A stretch of DNA of 64,000 nucleotides from Octopus sinensis (lineage: Eukaryota). Under the pieces are notes generated by a model. That model did not search any database. It was not told the DNA's origin and worked only from the letters and a program-made list of their open reading frames with translations. Positions 50,344 through 64,000 of the stretch are shown one piece after another (position 1 is the first letter of the stretch; every line of letters begins with the position of its first letter). Made by a program: the position numbers and the translations under genes. Location: contig NC_043002.1 of assembly GCF_006345805.1 (NCBI RefSeq), forward strand, positions 112,964,001 to 113,028,000, read 5' to 3'.

Positions 50344-50778
50344 TGATAAATAATGATTCTATCTAATATAGACACAAAGCCTATTATTTTGGTGAGCAGG
50401 GTTGGTCGATTACATCGGCCCCAGCACAGGACTTGTACTTATTTCATTGATTCCGAAAGGAGAAAAGATAAAGTTGATCTTGGTGGAATTTGGACTCGGA
50501 AAGTGAAGTCAGAAGAAATGTTGTTGCCAAGCGTTATGACCGGCCTGCAAACGGTTCTACCAGCTCGCCTCCTTTAGAATAATTATACTAATGCTTTCAT
50601 GTTTTGGCAAAAAGGTCAGTTGTTTTAAGGGGTGCAGAAGTTGATTACATCAACCCCAGTGTTCCACTGCTACTTATTTCATCGAATCCGAAAGGATGAA
50701 ATGCCAAGTCAACTCGGCGGAATGTGAAAACAGAAAATAAAGACGGATGAAATGTCGCTAAGCCTTCTGCCACCTTTC

Positions 50779-50836
50779 TAATAATAATGATAATAATAAT
50801 AATAATAATATTAATAATAATAATGATATTAATAAT

Positions 50837-50908
<72 letters not shown>

Positions 50909-51036
50909 AAGAAGAAGAAGAAGAAGAAGAAGAAGAAATTTTCTATTCCAGGCACAAGGCCCGAAATTTTGACGGGGATAGGTCCAGTCGATTAATAATA
51001 ATAATAATAATGATGATAATAATAATAATAATGATG

Positions 51037-51082
<46 letters not shown>

Positions 51083-51292
51083 TGATGATGATGATAATAA
51101 TAATGATAATGATAATAATAATAATATAATAATAATAATAATAAGAAGAAGAAGAAGAAAGAAGAAGAAGAAGAAGAAGAGAAGAAGAAAATTTCTATTC
51201 CAGGCACAAGGCCCGAAATTTTGGCGGCGATAGGTCCAGTCGATTAATAATATAATAATAATAATAATAATATAATAATAATAATAATAATA
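50779..51292. repeat. (AAT)n(AAG)n tracts with a duplicated ~55-bp unique unit
   Basis: AAATTTTCTATTCCAGGCACAAGGCCCGAAATTTTG..GATAGGTCCAGTCGATTAA occurs at ~50936 and ~51189. Confidence 0.9.
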
Positions 51293-51804
51293 TGTATACT
51301 GACCATGTACTTACATCGGTTCACATGATTTATACCATCAAGCCAACGTGAGAGCTTCTACGCGCCTGTTTATCCTGTCTAAAGTATCCGTCAAGTCTCT
51401 CTTAGATCCCACCCTGTTACCTTAAATAAAAGAGTTGAAATTAATGCATGCTCTAGTATTACTCCTTCATAGTCAGCCTATAAACTTTTCAGGCCACCCT
51501 CGTACAAACCAACCCGTGTGACAAGTATGAAAACGCAATTGGTTTTTACACACGCTGGCAATGCCATTTTTTACGCCAGATTCTGGGTCAAAAATTCGAG
51601 GAAACTTAAATAACGTCTCTCTCTCTATGAGTAAAGTCTATTATTCCTGAACGTCTTCAACTTAAAGACCAGATATTAGTAAATTCAGGAACGGGCTATG
51701 CTAAAACTGATTTCAAATTCTGGCGCAATTATATCGATTCCAGTGCTCAACTGGTACTTATTTTATCGACCCCGAAAGGTTGAAAAGCTAAGTCGACCTC
51801 GGTT

Positions 51805-52125
51805 CATACAAACATACATGCATACATACATACATACATACATACATACATACAAACATACACACATACATACATACATACATACATACACACACACACA
51901 TACATACATAAATACATACATACACACATACATACATACACACATACATACATACACACACACATACATACATACATACATACACACACACATACATACA
52001 TGCATGCATACATACATACATACATACACACATACACACATACATACATACATACATACATACATACATGCATGCATACATGCATGCATACATACATGCA
52101 TACATACATGCATACATACATACAT

Positions 52126-52168
<43 letters not shown>

Positions 52169-52175
52169 TACATAT

Positions 52176-52209
<34 letters not shown>

Positions 52210-52384
52210 ACATACATAAATACATACATACACACACATACATACATACATACATACATACATACACACATACAGACATACATACACACATACATACATG
52301 CATACATGCATACATACACACACACATACATACATACATACATACATACATACATACATACATACATACATACATACATACATA
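51805..52384. repeat. compound (TACA)n/(CAGA)n microsatellite
   Basis: direct reading. Confidence 0.95.
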
Positions 52385-52744
52385 AGTCCGACAATGGCTT
52401 AGCTGGCCGAAATTTCTTAGTCACTGCCAACAACATTCTTGTTTAAGAAGCAAGACTTTGACATAGATATAGGAGTGCTCCTTGCACTCTTTGGTCACTT
52501 TTAGTGACGGCGAATTATTTCCTTTTTGGTTTAAATTGCTTCCGGCCACCTTTAATATTCTATCGTTATCACATTGCTACTTCGTCAAATCAGCAACTGG
52601 TTTCTGTGGCCTTTTCTATAAGGATGATAGGCGAGATTTCAGATCCACCGCCCGCAATGGAGTAAGCATTCTTGACGAGTATCAATTTCTTATACGAAAT
52701 TAACATTTTAATCCAATGCATCTCGCTCACGGTGGGGTGATGCT

Positions 52745-52901
52745 GTTCAAATTCCGCCGAGGTTGACTTTGCCTTTCATCCTTTCGGGGTCGATAAATTA
52801 AGTACCAGTTACGCACTGGGGTCGATGTAATCGACTTAATACCTATGTCTGATCTTGTTTGTCCCCTCTATGTTTAGCCCCTTGTGGGTAATAAAGAAAC
52901 A
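52745..52901 (+). mobile_element. 5'-truncated SINE family B
   Basis: B-box through tail. Confidence 0.85.
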
Positions 52902-53117
52902 GATGCTGTCTCCCCTGTCAGTGTAAATAAAACATGTGACTTTTTGTGGCTTAAGGAGTCTTTGACTCCTATTTCGAGCAATGCTGGGGTTCATTACACC
53001 CTTTGATCACTTTTAGTGACGGTGAAATATGTGTGTGTGTGTGTGTTTAATGGCTTCATGCAGGCATAGCGTGGATTCGATCCTCGATAGCCAAATTTCA
53101 CTTAACATTTCATCAGC

Positions 53118-53500
53118 AGTAGGTGCAATGGCCCAGTGGTTAGGGCAGCGGACTCGCAGTCATAGGATCGCGGTTTCGATTCCCAGACCGGGCGTTGTGA
53201 GTGTTTATTGAGCGAAATCACCTAAAGCTCCACGAGGCTCCGGCAGGGGATGGTGGTGATCCCTGCTGTACTCTTTCACCACAACTTTCTCTCACTCTTA
53301 CTTCCTGTTTCTGTGGTACCTGTATTTTAAGGGGCCGGCCTTGTCACTCTCTGTGTCACGCTGAATATCCCCGAGAACTACGTTAAGGGTGCACGTGTCT
53401 GTGGAGTGCTCAGCCACTTACACGTTAATTTCACGAGCAGGCTGTTCCGTTGATCGGATCAACCGGAACCCTCATCGTCGTAACCGACGGAGTGCTTCCA
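53118..53500 (+). mobile_element. SINE family D
   Basis: full-length match. Confidence 0.92.
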
Positions 53501-53811
53501 GTTTTTTTCACTACCACCTGTCCAGAAAGATCAGTCTGGAGAAAAGGTCCTTATCTCAAAGAACGTTTGAGAGAAGATGGACAAATGTCGTAACGAAGTT
53601 GAGAGTGAATAGGGCCGCGCTAGTGTAGCCGGTCTGAACGATAAAGAAGGAAAAAACGGAAGAAAAAACAACAAAAAAAGGTTATTATAAAGAGGAAAAA
53701 AATGGAAAAAAAAACCAGCGGATCGAACACAAACCCGAAAAATATATCATCATTTAATTTTTAATTCATTTCGATTTCATTGTACGGTATAAATTCATTC
53801 GATTTCATTAT

Positions 53812-54182
53812 GGTTCCGGGTTCAGTCCCACTGCGTGGCACCTTGGGCAAGTGTCTTCTACTATAGCCTCGAGCCGACCAAAGCCTTGTGAGTGGATTTG
53901 GTAGACGGACACTGAAAGAAGCCTGTCGTATATATGTATATATATATATGTATGTGTGTGTATGTTTGTGTGTCTGTGTTTGTCCCCCTAGCATTGCTTG
54001 ACGACCGATGCTTGTGTGTTTACGTCCCCGTCACTTAGCGGTTCGGCAAAAGAGACCGATAGAATAAGTACTGGGCTTACAAAAGAATAAGTCCCGGGGT
54101 CGAGTTGCTCGATTAAAGGCGGTGCTCCAGCATGGCTTCAGTCAAATGACTGAAACAAGTAAATGAGTAAAAGAGTAAGAGT
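53812..54182 (+). mobile_element. 5'-truncated SINE family C with 60-bp flanking duplication
   Basis: 53752-53811 is identical to 54183-54242. Confidence 0.9.
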
Positions 54183-54827
54183 ATTTAATTTTTAATTCAT
54201 TTCGATTTCATTGTACGGTATAAATTCATTCGATTTCATTATATCTGATTTTTAGACGAACTAACTAATGTATAAACCCCAACCCCTAAATGTCTTCTGT
54301 TTTGTCCTTGTGCTTCCCCGCTAAGCCATTTATTGGTAATAAAGAAATTAGTTAGTGAGAGCGACCATCTGTGAGTGTGATCGGACAACTAGTCATGGCC
54401 ACAAACAGGTAGCACATCAGACCAAACGGCCAGAGGGAAAACGAAAGTTACAATCAACGACTATGCGAGACAACTTCCCTCGACTCTCTCACTTTTACTT
54501 TCTTTTCTCTGTAACATTACCATATCTCTATATATATACTACTATGAGATTGTGTACACACATAGCGGCCGAAATTAACTCTTTCACCTCGCATGCTTTT
54601 TACTAATTATACACGCCAACCCGTCGTGGTTTTGGATACATACAAAGTAACGGTAAATAAATATCTCTACAACTTCACTCACTGTTCTTGCTCTATCTTG
54701 CACACTGGAAACCATCACCTTAACAACAAACCGTTACAATTGGTGACCCTCAACTGCAACGAAGAACTGTTACAAAGTGGTTACGACTCCGACATTCCAT
54801 CCTATTGTTTATCAATTATTGTTAAAC

Positions 54828-55192
54828 CTGTTTCTTTACTACCCACAAGGGGCTAAACACAGAGAGGACAAACAAGGACAGACAAATGGATTAAGTCGAT
54901 TATATCGACCCAGTGTGCAACTGGTACTTAATTTATCGACCCCAAAAGGATGAAGGGCAAAGTCGACCTCGGCAGAATTTGAACTCAGAACGTAAAGGCA
55001 GACGAAATACCTATTTCTTTACTACCCACAAGGAGCTAAACACAGAGAGGACAAACAAGGACAGACAATCGGATCAAGTCGATTACATCGACCCCAGTGC
55101 GTAACTGGTACTTAATTTATCGACCCCGAAAGGCAGACGACATACGGCTACGTATTTCGCCCGGCGAGCTAACGTTTCTGCCAGCTCGCCGC
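54828..55192 (-). mobile_element. tandem SINE family B dimer
   Basis: two B tails; junction GACGAAATAC|CTATTTC. Confidence 0.88.
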
Positions 55193-55699
55193 TTTTTATT
55201 GTTAAACTGTAACATATATATATATATATATATATGACGAGCTCCTTTCAGTTTCCTAAACCACTTACAAGGCTTTGGTTGGCCAGGGATTGTAGAAGAC
55301 ACCTGTCCAAGGTGCAATGCAATCGGACTTCAAGCCAGAACCACACAGCCACGCCTACGCCTATAAGTATCAAAGTTCCTTCCCGAGTCATAGGACTCTT
55401 AAGGCCGGTGTCCCCGGATTCTGTTGGACGATTATTCAATTTTGCCAACTGGATGGACAGGGGCAATGTGAAATGAAGTGCCCGGTCCAGGAATCGAAAC
55501 CACAATCTAACGCTCATGAGTTTAAACACCCTCGGCCTCACAAACTAGTATTTGGTAAACATTACAAGCGTCAGTATTACAGACTAATTGCTCAAGCCAA
55601 TGAGGTAACGTCTACCTGGTCACCCGATGGGCAAAAAGAGTAGCTAAATATCCCTCAAATCACACCCTACCATCTAAAATAAATAAATAAACACCTCTG

Positions 55700-56062
55700 A
55701 CATGGTTGCGTGGTAAGAAGCTTGCTACCAGGATACAAGGTTTCGGGTTCAATCCCACTGCGTGACACCGTGGGCAATTGTCTATTACAGACCGACCAAA
55801 ACCTTGACGGAAACTGAAAGTAGCCCGCCTTATTTGTCTGTGTGTGTCTTCGTATCTGTTTTTGTTTCCCATCATCGTTTGACAACCGCTGTTGGTGTGT
55901 TTATGTACCCCGTAACTTAGCGGTTCGACCAAAAGACACCGATAGAATAAATACCAGGTTGTAAAAAAAGTATTAATATTGGGATCGATTCATTCGACTA
56001 AAACTTCTTCAGGGCGGTGCCCCAGCATGGCCGCAGTCTAATGACTGAGACAAGTATAAGAC
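55700..56062 (+). mobile_element. older SINE family C copy
   Basis: diverged match to the C consensus. Confidence 0.8.
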
Positions 56063-56389
56063 ATATGACAAAAATAAAAAGAACACATTGAGAACATTGT
56101 TATGAACGTACAAAACACGAAGGAATGGTCACGGCTGGAACCGATGATTAACGAGCAATAGCTACAACGAGGAACAGATTCTCTATAGAATAACGACAGA
56201 GTAAAATATAGCTAGGGACGCCTACTGCATGAACACTAAACAGTAAAGTGGGCGCTGACATATTTGATGATTCTAATGTAGCGGGGCTGATAGGACAATC
56301 ATTTACAAATGTCCCGGGACTAATTTAGTAGGGAATGACCTCCTCCTCCTACATATCTCCATCAGTTCTATTCTCTCTCCCTCTCCCTT

Positions 56390-56472
<83 letters not shown>

Positions 56473-56513
56473 CTTTGTCAACTGACAAAACCAGTCAGTC
56501 AGTCGTATAATAA

Positions 56514-56797
56514 TGGTGGGGGGAGGAATCGCGATGGTGGTGATGATGGGGATGGTCGCGTCGGCGGCGGTGACGGTAGTGGTGGTGGTGCTGGTGGTGC
56601 TGGTGGCGGTGGTGGTGGTGGTGGTGGTGATGGTTGTGGTGGTGGTGACGGTAGTGGTGGTGGTTGTGGTTGTGGTGGTGGTGGTGGTGGTGGTGGTGGT
56701 GGTGGTGGTGGTGACGGTGGTGGTGGTGGTGGTGGTGACGGTAGTGGTGGTTGGTGGTGACGGTGGTGGTGGTGGTTGTGGCGGTGACGGTGGTGAT
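56514..56797. repeat. degenerate (GGT)n tract
   Basis: direct reading. Confidence 0.9.
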
Positions 56798-57114
56798 GTA
56801 TCAACCAGCATCTGACTCACACTTCATGAGTCTTCTTATAAATATTTCATTCCATTATTACTTCGCACGCCGTTAGACAATTAATAAGATACATTCTCTC
56901 TCCGAAAACGACAATAACAACACCAACAACAACAACAGCAACAGGGAAAACAATATAATTATAATATATTAAAACGAAAAACCATAAAAACAACAACAAC
57001 AATAAAAGCAACAAAGAAAACAATAAAAACAAAGACAAATTTCTTAATTCTATACTAAAAATTAATATTTCTTTTAAGACAGACGCAAATACCTTCCTCT
57101 GCCTCTCTGTGTCA

Positions 57115-57124
57115 TGCACACACA

Positions 57125-57173
<49 letters not shown>

Positions 57174-57269
57174 AACACACACACACAAACACACAGACGT
57201 ACACGCGCGCACGCATGCTCACAACAGTACACACGAGCACACATACGTACACAACCGCACACTCACACT

Positions 57270-57300
<31 letters not shown>

Positions 57301-57444
57301 GTACACACACACACGCGAATACACACATATCCATTCACACAAACACACGCCATCACGCACACACATTTATGCATACACACATGCATACATACATACATAC
57401 ATACATACATACATACATGCATACATACAGACACACATACATAC

Positions 57445-57475
<31 letters not shown>

Positions 57476-57790
57476 TACATACATACATACACACATGCAT
57501 ACATACATACATACATACATACATACATACATACATAGACACATACATACATACACATACATACATACATTCATACATACATACATACATACATACATAC
57601 ATACATACATAGACACATACATACACACATACATACATACATTCATACATACATACATACATACATGCATGCATGCATACATACATGCATGCATGCATAC
57701 ATACATACACACACACATACATACATACATACTTACATACATTACATACATACATACATACATACACATACACAAACACACAATCACACC
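57115..57790. repeat. (CA)n/(TACA)n compound microsatellite
   Basis: direct reading. Confidence 0.95.
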
Positions 57791-57987
57791 CACGTGCATA
57801 TGTATATATACGTACATTGTCCGCTTTATCATCACCACCACCACCATCATCACCACTAATACCTATCACCATCGACACAACCATCACAGCCATCATCTTC
57901 ATCACAAGAAACCATGACCACCACCACCATCCGCTTCACCACAATCTCACCGCCACCACCACCATCGTCTTCCCAACAACCCTACTA

Positions 57988-58220
57988 CCTATTTCTTTAC
58001 TACCCACAAGGGACCAAACACAGAGAGGACAAACAAGGACAGACACACGGATTAAGTCGATTACATCGACCCCAGTGCGTAACTGGTACTTAATTTATCG
58101 ACCCCGAAAGGATGAAAGGCAAAATCGACCTCGGCGGAATTTGAACTCAGATCGTAACGGCAGACGAAATACGGCTACGCATTTCGCCCGGCGTGCTAAC
58201 GGTTCTGCCATCTCGCCGCC
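57988..58220 (-). mobile_element. SINE family B inserted in a degenerate (CAC)n region
   Basis: full length; TSD-like CAACAACCC(T)ACTACC. Confidence 0.9.
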
Positions 58221-58650
58221 TACAACAACCCCACTACCGCCATCGTCTTCACCACAATCCCACCACCGTCGTCGTCTTCCCAACAACCTCACCACCACCG
58301 CTATCGTCTTTCCACCATTGTCATCACCGTCTCAGCCAGCACCACCTCCACCATCACTCTCATTACTGTCATACTGCTGCCTCCACCTCCACCACCACCA
58401 CCATCACCTTCTCCGCTGTCATCATCGTTTTAATTCAACCACCAGAAGTATTGTCACCAGCGTTGACTCCACCACCAGCACCACCGCCACAACAGCCATT
58501 GTTTTAACTCCAGTACCACCAACTCCGCCGATGACATCATCATTTTGACTTCACCGCTACCACCGCTACCGCCTCCCTCCCACCACCACCACTATCATTA
58601 TCATTGCTTTAAGACCATCACCACTCCAACCAGCATGGTTATCGTTTCCG

Positions 58651-58687
<37 letters not shown>

Positions 58688-58689
<2 letters not shown>

Positions 58690-60030
58690 GCCGGGAGGAG
58701 GGGGCAGAACTTCTCTCTCCACCCTCACTTTCCTTTTCAAGTGTAACTTCAAAAAGTTGAGGACTTAGCCAAAGAGGAAAGTGTCTGTCTTCAGCCCTTT
58801 CAGTCTGGTCCACCACACAACCTCTTTTGCTAAGGCTATCAGGCACAAGAAAAAAGCCTGCCCTTCCAGGTCAAAAGAAAGAGGTGGGACTACCTTCACA
58901 ATGGACTCAGTCGATAGCCGGATCCGTCCCACACGCGACAGCAAGTATTCGACATAAACCCACAAGTCAGAAATACTCGAACACTGCACGAGAGCGTGCA
59001 GAACAGTTTCGTCGCTCTGCGCACATCTCGAGCAAGCCCGGATGACTATACTTCCGTGCTTGTAGAGTTTATCCCGAACAGGCAGTGTCCCGCAGTGGCA
59101 CTGCCAGGCCAAGGATTTCTGGAAAGTATCCATAAGCCCCGGCCTGAAAGTTCTCCGAAACAAACCATCCAACTCATTCTCGTCGACACCCAGACTCTCC
59201 TCGAGAACGTCGTCGCACTTACCCGCCACTAATCCGCTATAGAACACCTGAGCGGAACTTACACAGACTGCATTGCCCGATTGGTTGAGGAGTATGAGCG
59301 CCTAACGACACTCTAGGTGCCTCGGTCTACGTTTGATCCAGGATTGCAGCTCAGTCAAAGAGATGAGTTGTGGGAAATCACGTCTGACAAACGGCGACCA
59401 CACCTGCTTACCGTCTTGGAAATGCTAGAGGTACAGCATCCTCAACGCATGTCTGCGCACTAATGGCCACGGCATACCCAGCCATCCATTTAGCGGGTGG
59501 TGACAGCAAATAGAGCGCCTGACCAGTGGAATACGTCCCTTCCACAGAAAGCGGAAGAGTAGGCGCTCCAGTTTGGTTAGATTCGAACCGGGACAGGGCA
59601 CGACGATGAGCCGACAGTAGATGACGGACTCGATGTACGCATTCGCCACCTCTGTCCAACCTTTCAGGGATAGCTTTCTCTCGGCCTATTTCTGGGTGAG
59701 ACTGGCCACCTTACTCGCTACATCGACCCAGTTCTTCCCCACCTAGAGATCTGAACCGAACTAGACCTCGAGCAGTTTAACCGGTCCTTCCGTCCAGCGT
59801 GCTACGGCGTTGTTGGAAGGCATGGACCTGCTTCTCCAGGGGCCGAGTTGCAGGCCCACCAACTTCAGGTTAAGCTTTGCTCCTACCACCGCCTCGTATT
59901 CTTTAAGAGTGGCGCCGACCAGGTCTATGTGCCTGATGTTCGACACTAAGACGGTGACGTCGTCCGTGTGTGTCGACACGGTTCTCCCATGTCATAGTTC
60001 GCCTGCGATGTTTCTCAACGCCTCCAATTT
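58688..60030 (-). mobile_element. Tx1/L1-clade LINE, RT C-terminal half plus zf-RVT, decayed
   Basis: STHTDDVTVLV (resembles YADD), LLFRFLWKG...HPLNGWLGMP, C.RC...DETVLHALVQC; 3' end abuts (TAG)n. Confidence 0.85.
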
Positions 60031-60594
60031 CCGCAGTAGTAATAGCAACGGCATCACAAACGACACAAGGATCACCATTGTTTAAAATAAAACGATAAAG
60101 CCTTTGGGCTGAAACGTATAAAAGAATAAAAGAATAAAGGAACAACGAACGGAATTGCCATGCGAATTAGGTTCCTTTACACTTTTCGTCTTTTTGGGGT
60201 GTCACCAGTTACACTTTGAGGGTTGATTTAATCGACTATGTCCACCTATCTTTGAAAGCAGGTACCTTATGTTTATCGCCAAAATTATTTCTGCAACTAC
60301 AAGTATCACTTTTACCACCACCACCATCCCCGCCGCTAGTGCAACCTGTGCCACAACCATCATTACCACCGACAATCACCTCACCACTACTGCCACCACC
60401 AGCACCACCACAACCTCCAACACCACCACCATTACCGCTACAACCATCATTGCTACCACCGCCACCATCCCATTATCCTCTTACCTCCACCGCCACCACT
60501 ATAGTCAGTTGCAACTATCACCACAGCCACCACCATCAATTTCACCAACACTACTACCATCACTACCGCCTTCAGCACTAACATTTCAACCACT

Positions 60595-61012
60595 GCCAGT
60601 ATCAGAATCGCTAATTCGCTGAGACAAATGCTTAGCGCCAGTTAATCCGTCTTTACGTTCTGAGTTCAAATTCTACCGAAGTCGACTTAGCCTTTCAACC
60701 TGTCGAAGTCGATAGAATAAGTACCTATTTCTTTACTACCCACAAGGGGCTAAACACAGAGGGGACAAACAAGGACACACAAACGGATTAAGTCGATTAC
60801 ATCGACCCCAGTGCGTAACTGGTACTTAATTTATCGACCCCGAAAGGATGAAAGGCAAAGTGAACCTCGGCGGAATTTGAACTCAGAACATAACGGCAGA
60901 CGAAATACGCCTACGCATTTCGTCCGGCGTGCTAACGTTTCTGTCATGTCGCCGAAGTCGATATAATCGATATAATCGACGAAATTGCTGACCTTGTGCC
61001 AAAATTTGAAAT
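60595..61012. mobile_element. old SINE B (+) with a young SINE B (-) nested at 60723-60953
   Basis: both match the B consensus in opposite orientations. Confidence 0.85.
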
Positions 61013-61235
61013 CAATATTATCATAGCCTGTTCGTGGATTTATTAATGTCTGATCTTAAATTTGAAAACTTTCAGGTGTTTAGATTTTACTCACAAAATG
61101 GAATGTTATTTGAGTTTTCTCGAATTTTCGACCTAGAATCTAACGTAGAAACTAGTAATGTCAGCGTGTATAAAAACCACCCTGGGCGATTTATGTGTTA
61201 GATAGGTGTTTTATTTCCATCCCCTTCACTTTTTA

Positions 61236-61752
61236 CGTAAGAGGGTGGACTTAAAAGTGCATGGGGTGAACTAAGAAGTGGTGCTAAAGCTGTAGAATTT
61301 TGCATGTATTTTGTTGTTGTTGTTGCTGTTGTTGTTGTTGTTGTTTCTAGGTAAACTGACATCTGACAAAGAAGACTTCAAAAGTAATTAGCAACTTCTT
61401 TTGAAAATGGACAAAATTTTGCATCATTGTGTTATCAGGTACCCGCAAAGAAAGGGTTTAGCCCCAAATGACATTCATGCTGACATAGTCGCTACATTAG
61501 GGGATGCAAAGCTCCAGTTTTATCACCAGTGCAAAAGAAGGGCAGCTGAATTTAGGAAGAAAAGGGAGAGTATAGAAGATGACCCAAGGTCTGGTCATCC
61601 TGCGACGGCCACCACTGAGGAAAACATTAATTGTATTCACCACATGGTGATAGATGACATATCCCGTGGCAGAGTAAAGAATATTCTGCACAATGAACTT
61701 GGCATGACGAAGGTTTCTGCTCGGTGGGTGCTGCGTCTTCTGACATCTGATC
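61236..61752 (+). mobile_element. mariner element, 5' half
   Basis: VIRY..RKGLAPNDIHAD...ESIEDDPRSGHP...LGMTKVSARWVLRLLT. Confidence 0.85.
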
Positions 61753-62532
61753 AATCATCATCATTATTCGACCGTGGTCGAGACAATGGAATTTACCATG
61801 CTACGCTAGACTTCACGGTCCATCATGGCATTACGGAGGTCCTGTTGCTGGATGCCTGTATCCCTGGAGATTACATCAGGGTAGGAGAGTGTGCGCCCTC
61901 TGGTTTTGCGAGTTGATGGTTTCCAGAGGAGAAGAGTAGAAATTACCTCTTTTTCACCTGATCAAAAGCACACCAGGCTGATAAGATCACGGGAAATTTT
62001 GACAATATCAAGTATTTTGTTGTTATTTCTTGTTTCTGGATTGTCCAAAGCACAGCCTTCAAAGTGAGCAGCCTGACCTTCAGTTGGTTACGACGACGAG
62101 TGTTTCAGTTGATTCGATCAACCGAACAGCCTGCTCGTGAAATTAGCGTGCAAGTGGTTAAGCACTCCACAGACAGGCAGACACTTAGCATCGATTCAAA
62201 CAATTCTTTAATGTTACATCATATTCCTTCGACAATATATATTGGCCACCAAATGTCGAAGTGCATATACGATTCTAGCTAGCGCATATGAGATAAACGG
62301 TATCATGAGAATTGAAAAAGAGCTTGTTGAAAACTATTCTTTGACTGGTGGCTAGAGACACACGCAGAGAAGTTACAGAGTTCTATCGCAAAAGAATACC
62401 AGCTAAAAAGTTTTCTGTTTGGCAAATGAAAGTTATGCATGGTTACACTGTCAGAAAACATTAGAATGACATTAACAGACAACCAAAGTAGACTATGTTA
62501 AACCAGCAGCCAATATATTAGCGTTCACCTAG

Positions 62533-62788
62533 AGGAGGGGCCTGGCTTAGTGATTAGGGTATTCGGCTCACAATTGTAAGGTGGTGAGTACCATTCCCAG
62601 CGTCGCATTGTGTCCTTGAGCAAGACACTTTATTTCCTGTTGCCCCCAGTTCACTCAGCTAGCAGAAATGAATTATAGTTCAATGAGCTAACCTTGAATC
62701 TTCCTGAGAATCTACTTTAAAGGGACGTATGGGTCAGCCACTTGCACATTAATTTCCCGAGCACGCTGTTCGGTGGACCGAATCGGCG
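62533..62788 (+). mobile_element. old tRNA-SINE with D-like tail, followed by (GATG)n
   Basis: TGGCTTAGTG head, GTGTCCTTGAGCAAGACACTT domain, CAGCCACTTGCACATTAATTTC tail. Confidence 0.7.
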
Positions 62789-63282
62789 GATGGATGGATG
62801 GATGGATGGATGGATGAATGGATGGACGGACGGACGGACGGACGGATGGATGGATGGATGGATGGATGGATGGATGTGCGAAAGGAAGGAAAAAAGAAAA
62901 AATTTAAGATGATGAGTTACAATGATACAGAAATCGTAGGGAAAGGCAGAGAAGGGGAAGCAAAGTGTCCGACTTCTGCCGCTACAGCTTGGCACCCGTG
63001 TCGCCACTGCAGGCGTTGTTGCCGTCAAAACACCAGAGTAGCTGGAACAGATATCACCAGATACCATTCCTGACTCTTTAAGCGTTCGCCAATTCACAAT
63101 TCTGGATTGGAACTTTATTTATTGACCCCGACAGAATGAAAGGCAAAATTGATCCCGGTGATATTTGAACTAGGAGCGCAGAGTCGGAACAATTATTGTG
63201 AGAAATTCTGTTCAAGACCTTGTTAAATCACTACCTTAATATATGTATACGTACATGCATGTATTTCTTTATTATTTAGGTA

Positions 63283-63682
63283 CTAACAGTATCGCCCGGC
63301 GTTGCTCGGGTTTGTAAGGGAAATAACTACATAAGCATTTTTAGAGAGTTATAGCCAAAAAATAGCAAAAAAATGCATTAAAAATGGAAAAAAAATTATG
63401 GTAAATTTTTTTTTAAATCGTTGACTCATCGTAGACATTTTTAGAGAGTTACTTCCCTTATATAATAGCGAAAAAATGCATTAAAATGGAAAAAATTATG
63501 GTAAATTTTTTTTAAATCGTAGACTCATCGTAGACGCGAGCTAATACCCAGAAGGGCTCGATATGAATCACGACTATAAGATACCCGGTTTTGGTTAAAC
63601 TGCACCGCAAAATGTGGGAGTAATTAGGAATCTAAATCGTAGGAGACAGACACTCACACAACTTCACTTTTATATATAAAGA
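63283..63682 (-). mobile_element. Helitron subtype 2
   Basis: reverse complement of 5891-6288; terminal CTAG mutated to TTAG. Confidence 0.9.
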
Positions 63683-64000
63683 TAAGGATACCTGACTCAA
63701 GGTCCATGAGTTTCGAGTGTAATATTTATCAAACACACACACGCACACACACACACACACACACGCGCACACACACACACACACACACACTGAGAAAGAG
63801 AGGGAGAAAGAAAGGAGCAATACGTGGGATAGAAGCTCAAACGGAAATCCTGGGGAAAGAAATAGAAAACGTTTTAGTAAATGTGAGGTGACAACGAGAA
63901 AAAGTGTAAGAGAAATAAGAGAACTGGAGAGAGAGAGAGAGCGGAAGAGTGTAGAAAGGGTAAACTGTGAGTGAAGAGAGAAAGAGAGAAAGAGAGAACA

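Noticed and set aside
56335-56820. Gly-, Pro- or Thr-rich ORFs, also at 60216-60622
   Set aside because: Products of degenerate (GGT)n/(ACC)n repeats.

Overview
Repeat-saturated, AT-rich animal genomic DNA (intron or intergenic). It is most likely from an octopus/coleoid cephalopod, inferred from the tRNA-derived SINE families, the very high (TACA)n/(CA)n/(TA)n load and a GC-rich 18S fragment. I see no confidently supported host protein-coding gene; nearly all long ORFs are microsatellite or transposon artefacts. Contents: three abundant tRNA-SINE families (my labels B, C, D), seven copies of a ~400-bp non-autonomous Helitron in two subtypes, decayed mariner/Tc1, hAT and other DNA transposons, and LINE remnants (RLE-type, Tx1/L1, RTE, CR1/L2-like) plus Penelope-like elements (PLE). 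Main points of interest: (1) eight minimal hammerhead-ribozyme-like motifs from about six unrelated PLE-type termini, most with variant catalytic cores; (2) a PLE terminus combining a tRNA-like head, a captured antisense 18S rRNA segment and a hammerhead; (3) several near-perfect long inverted repeats, one covering a candidate micro-exon and its splice donor in an ADAR editing-complementary-sequence-like layout; (4) repeated locally templated duplications and unusually long flank duplications at insertion sites. All coordinates were read by eye; the ends of old repeats are approximate.
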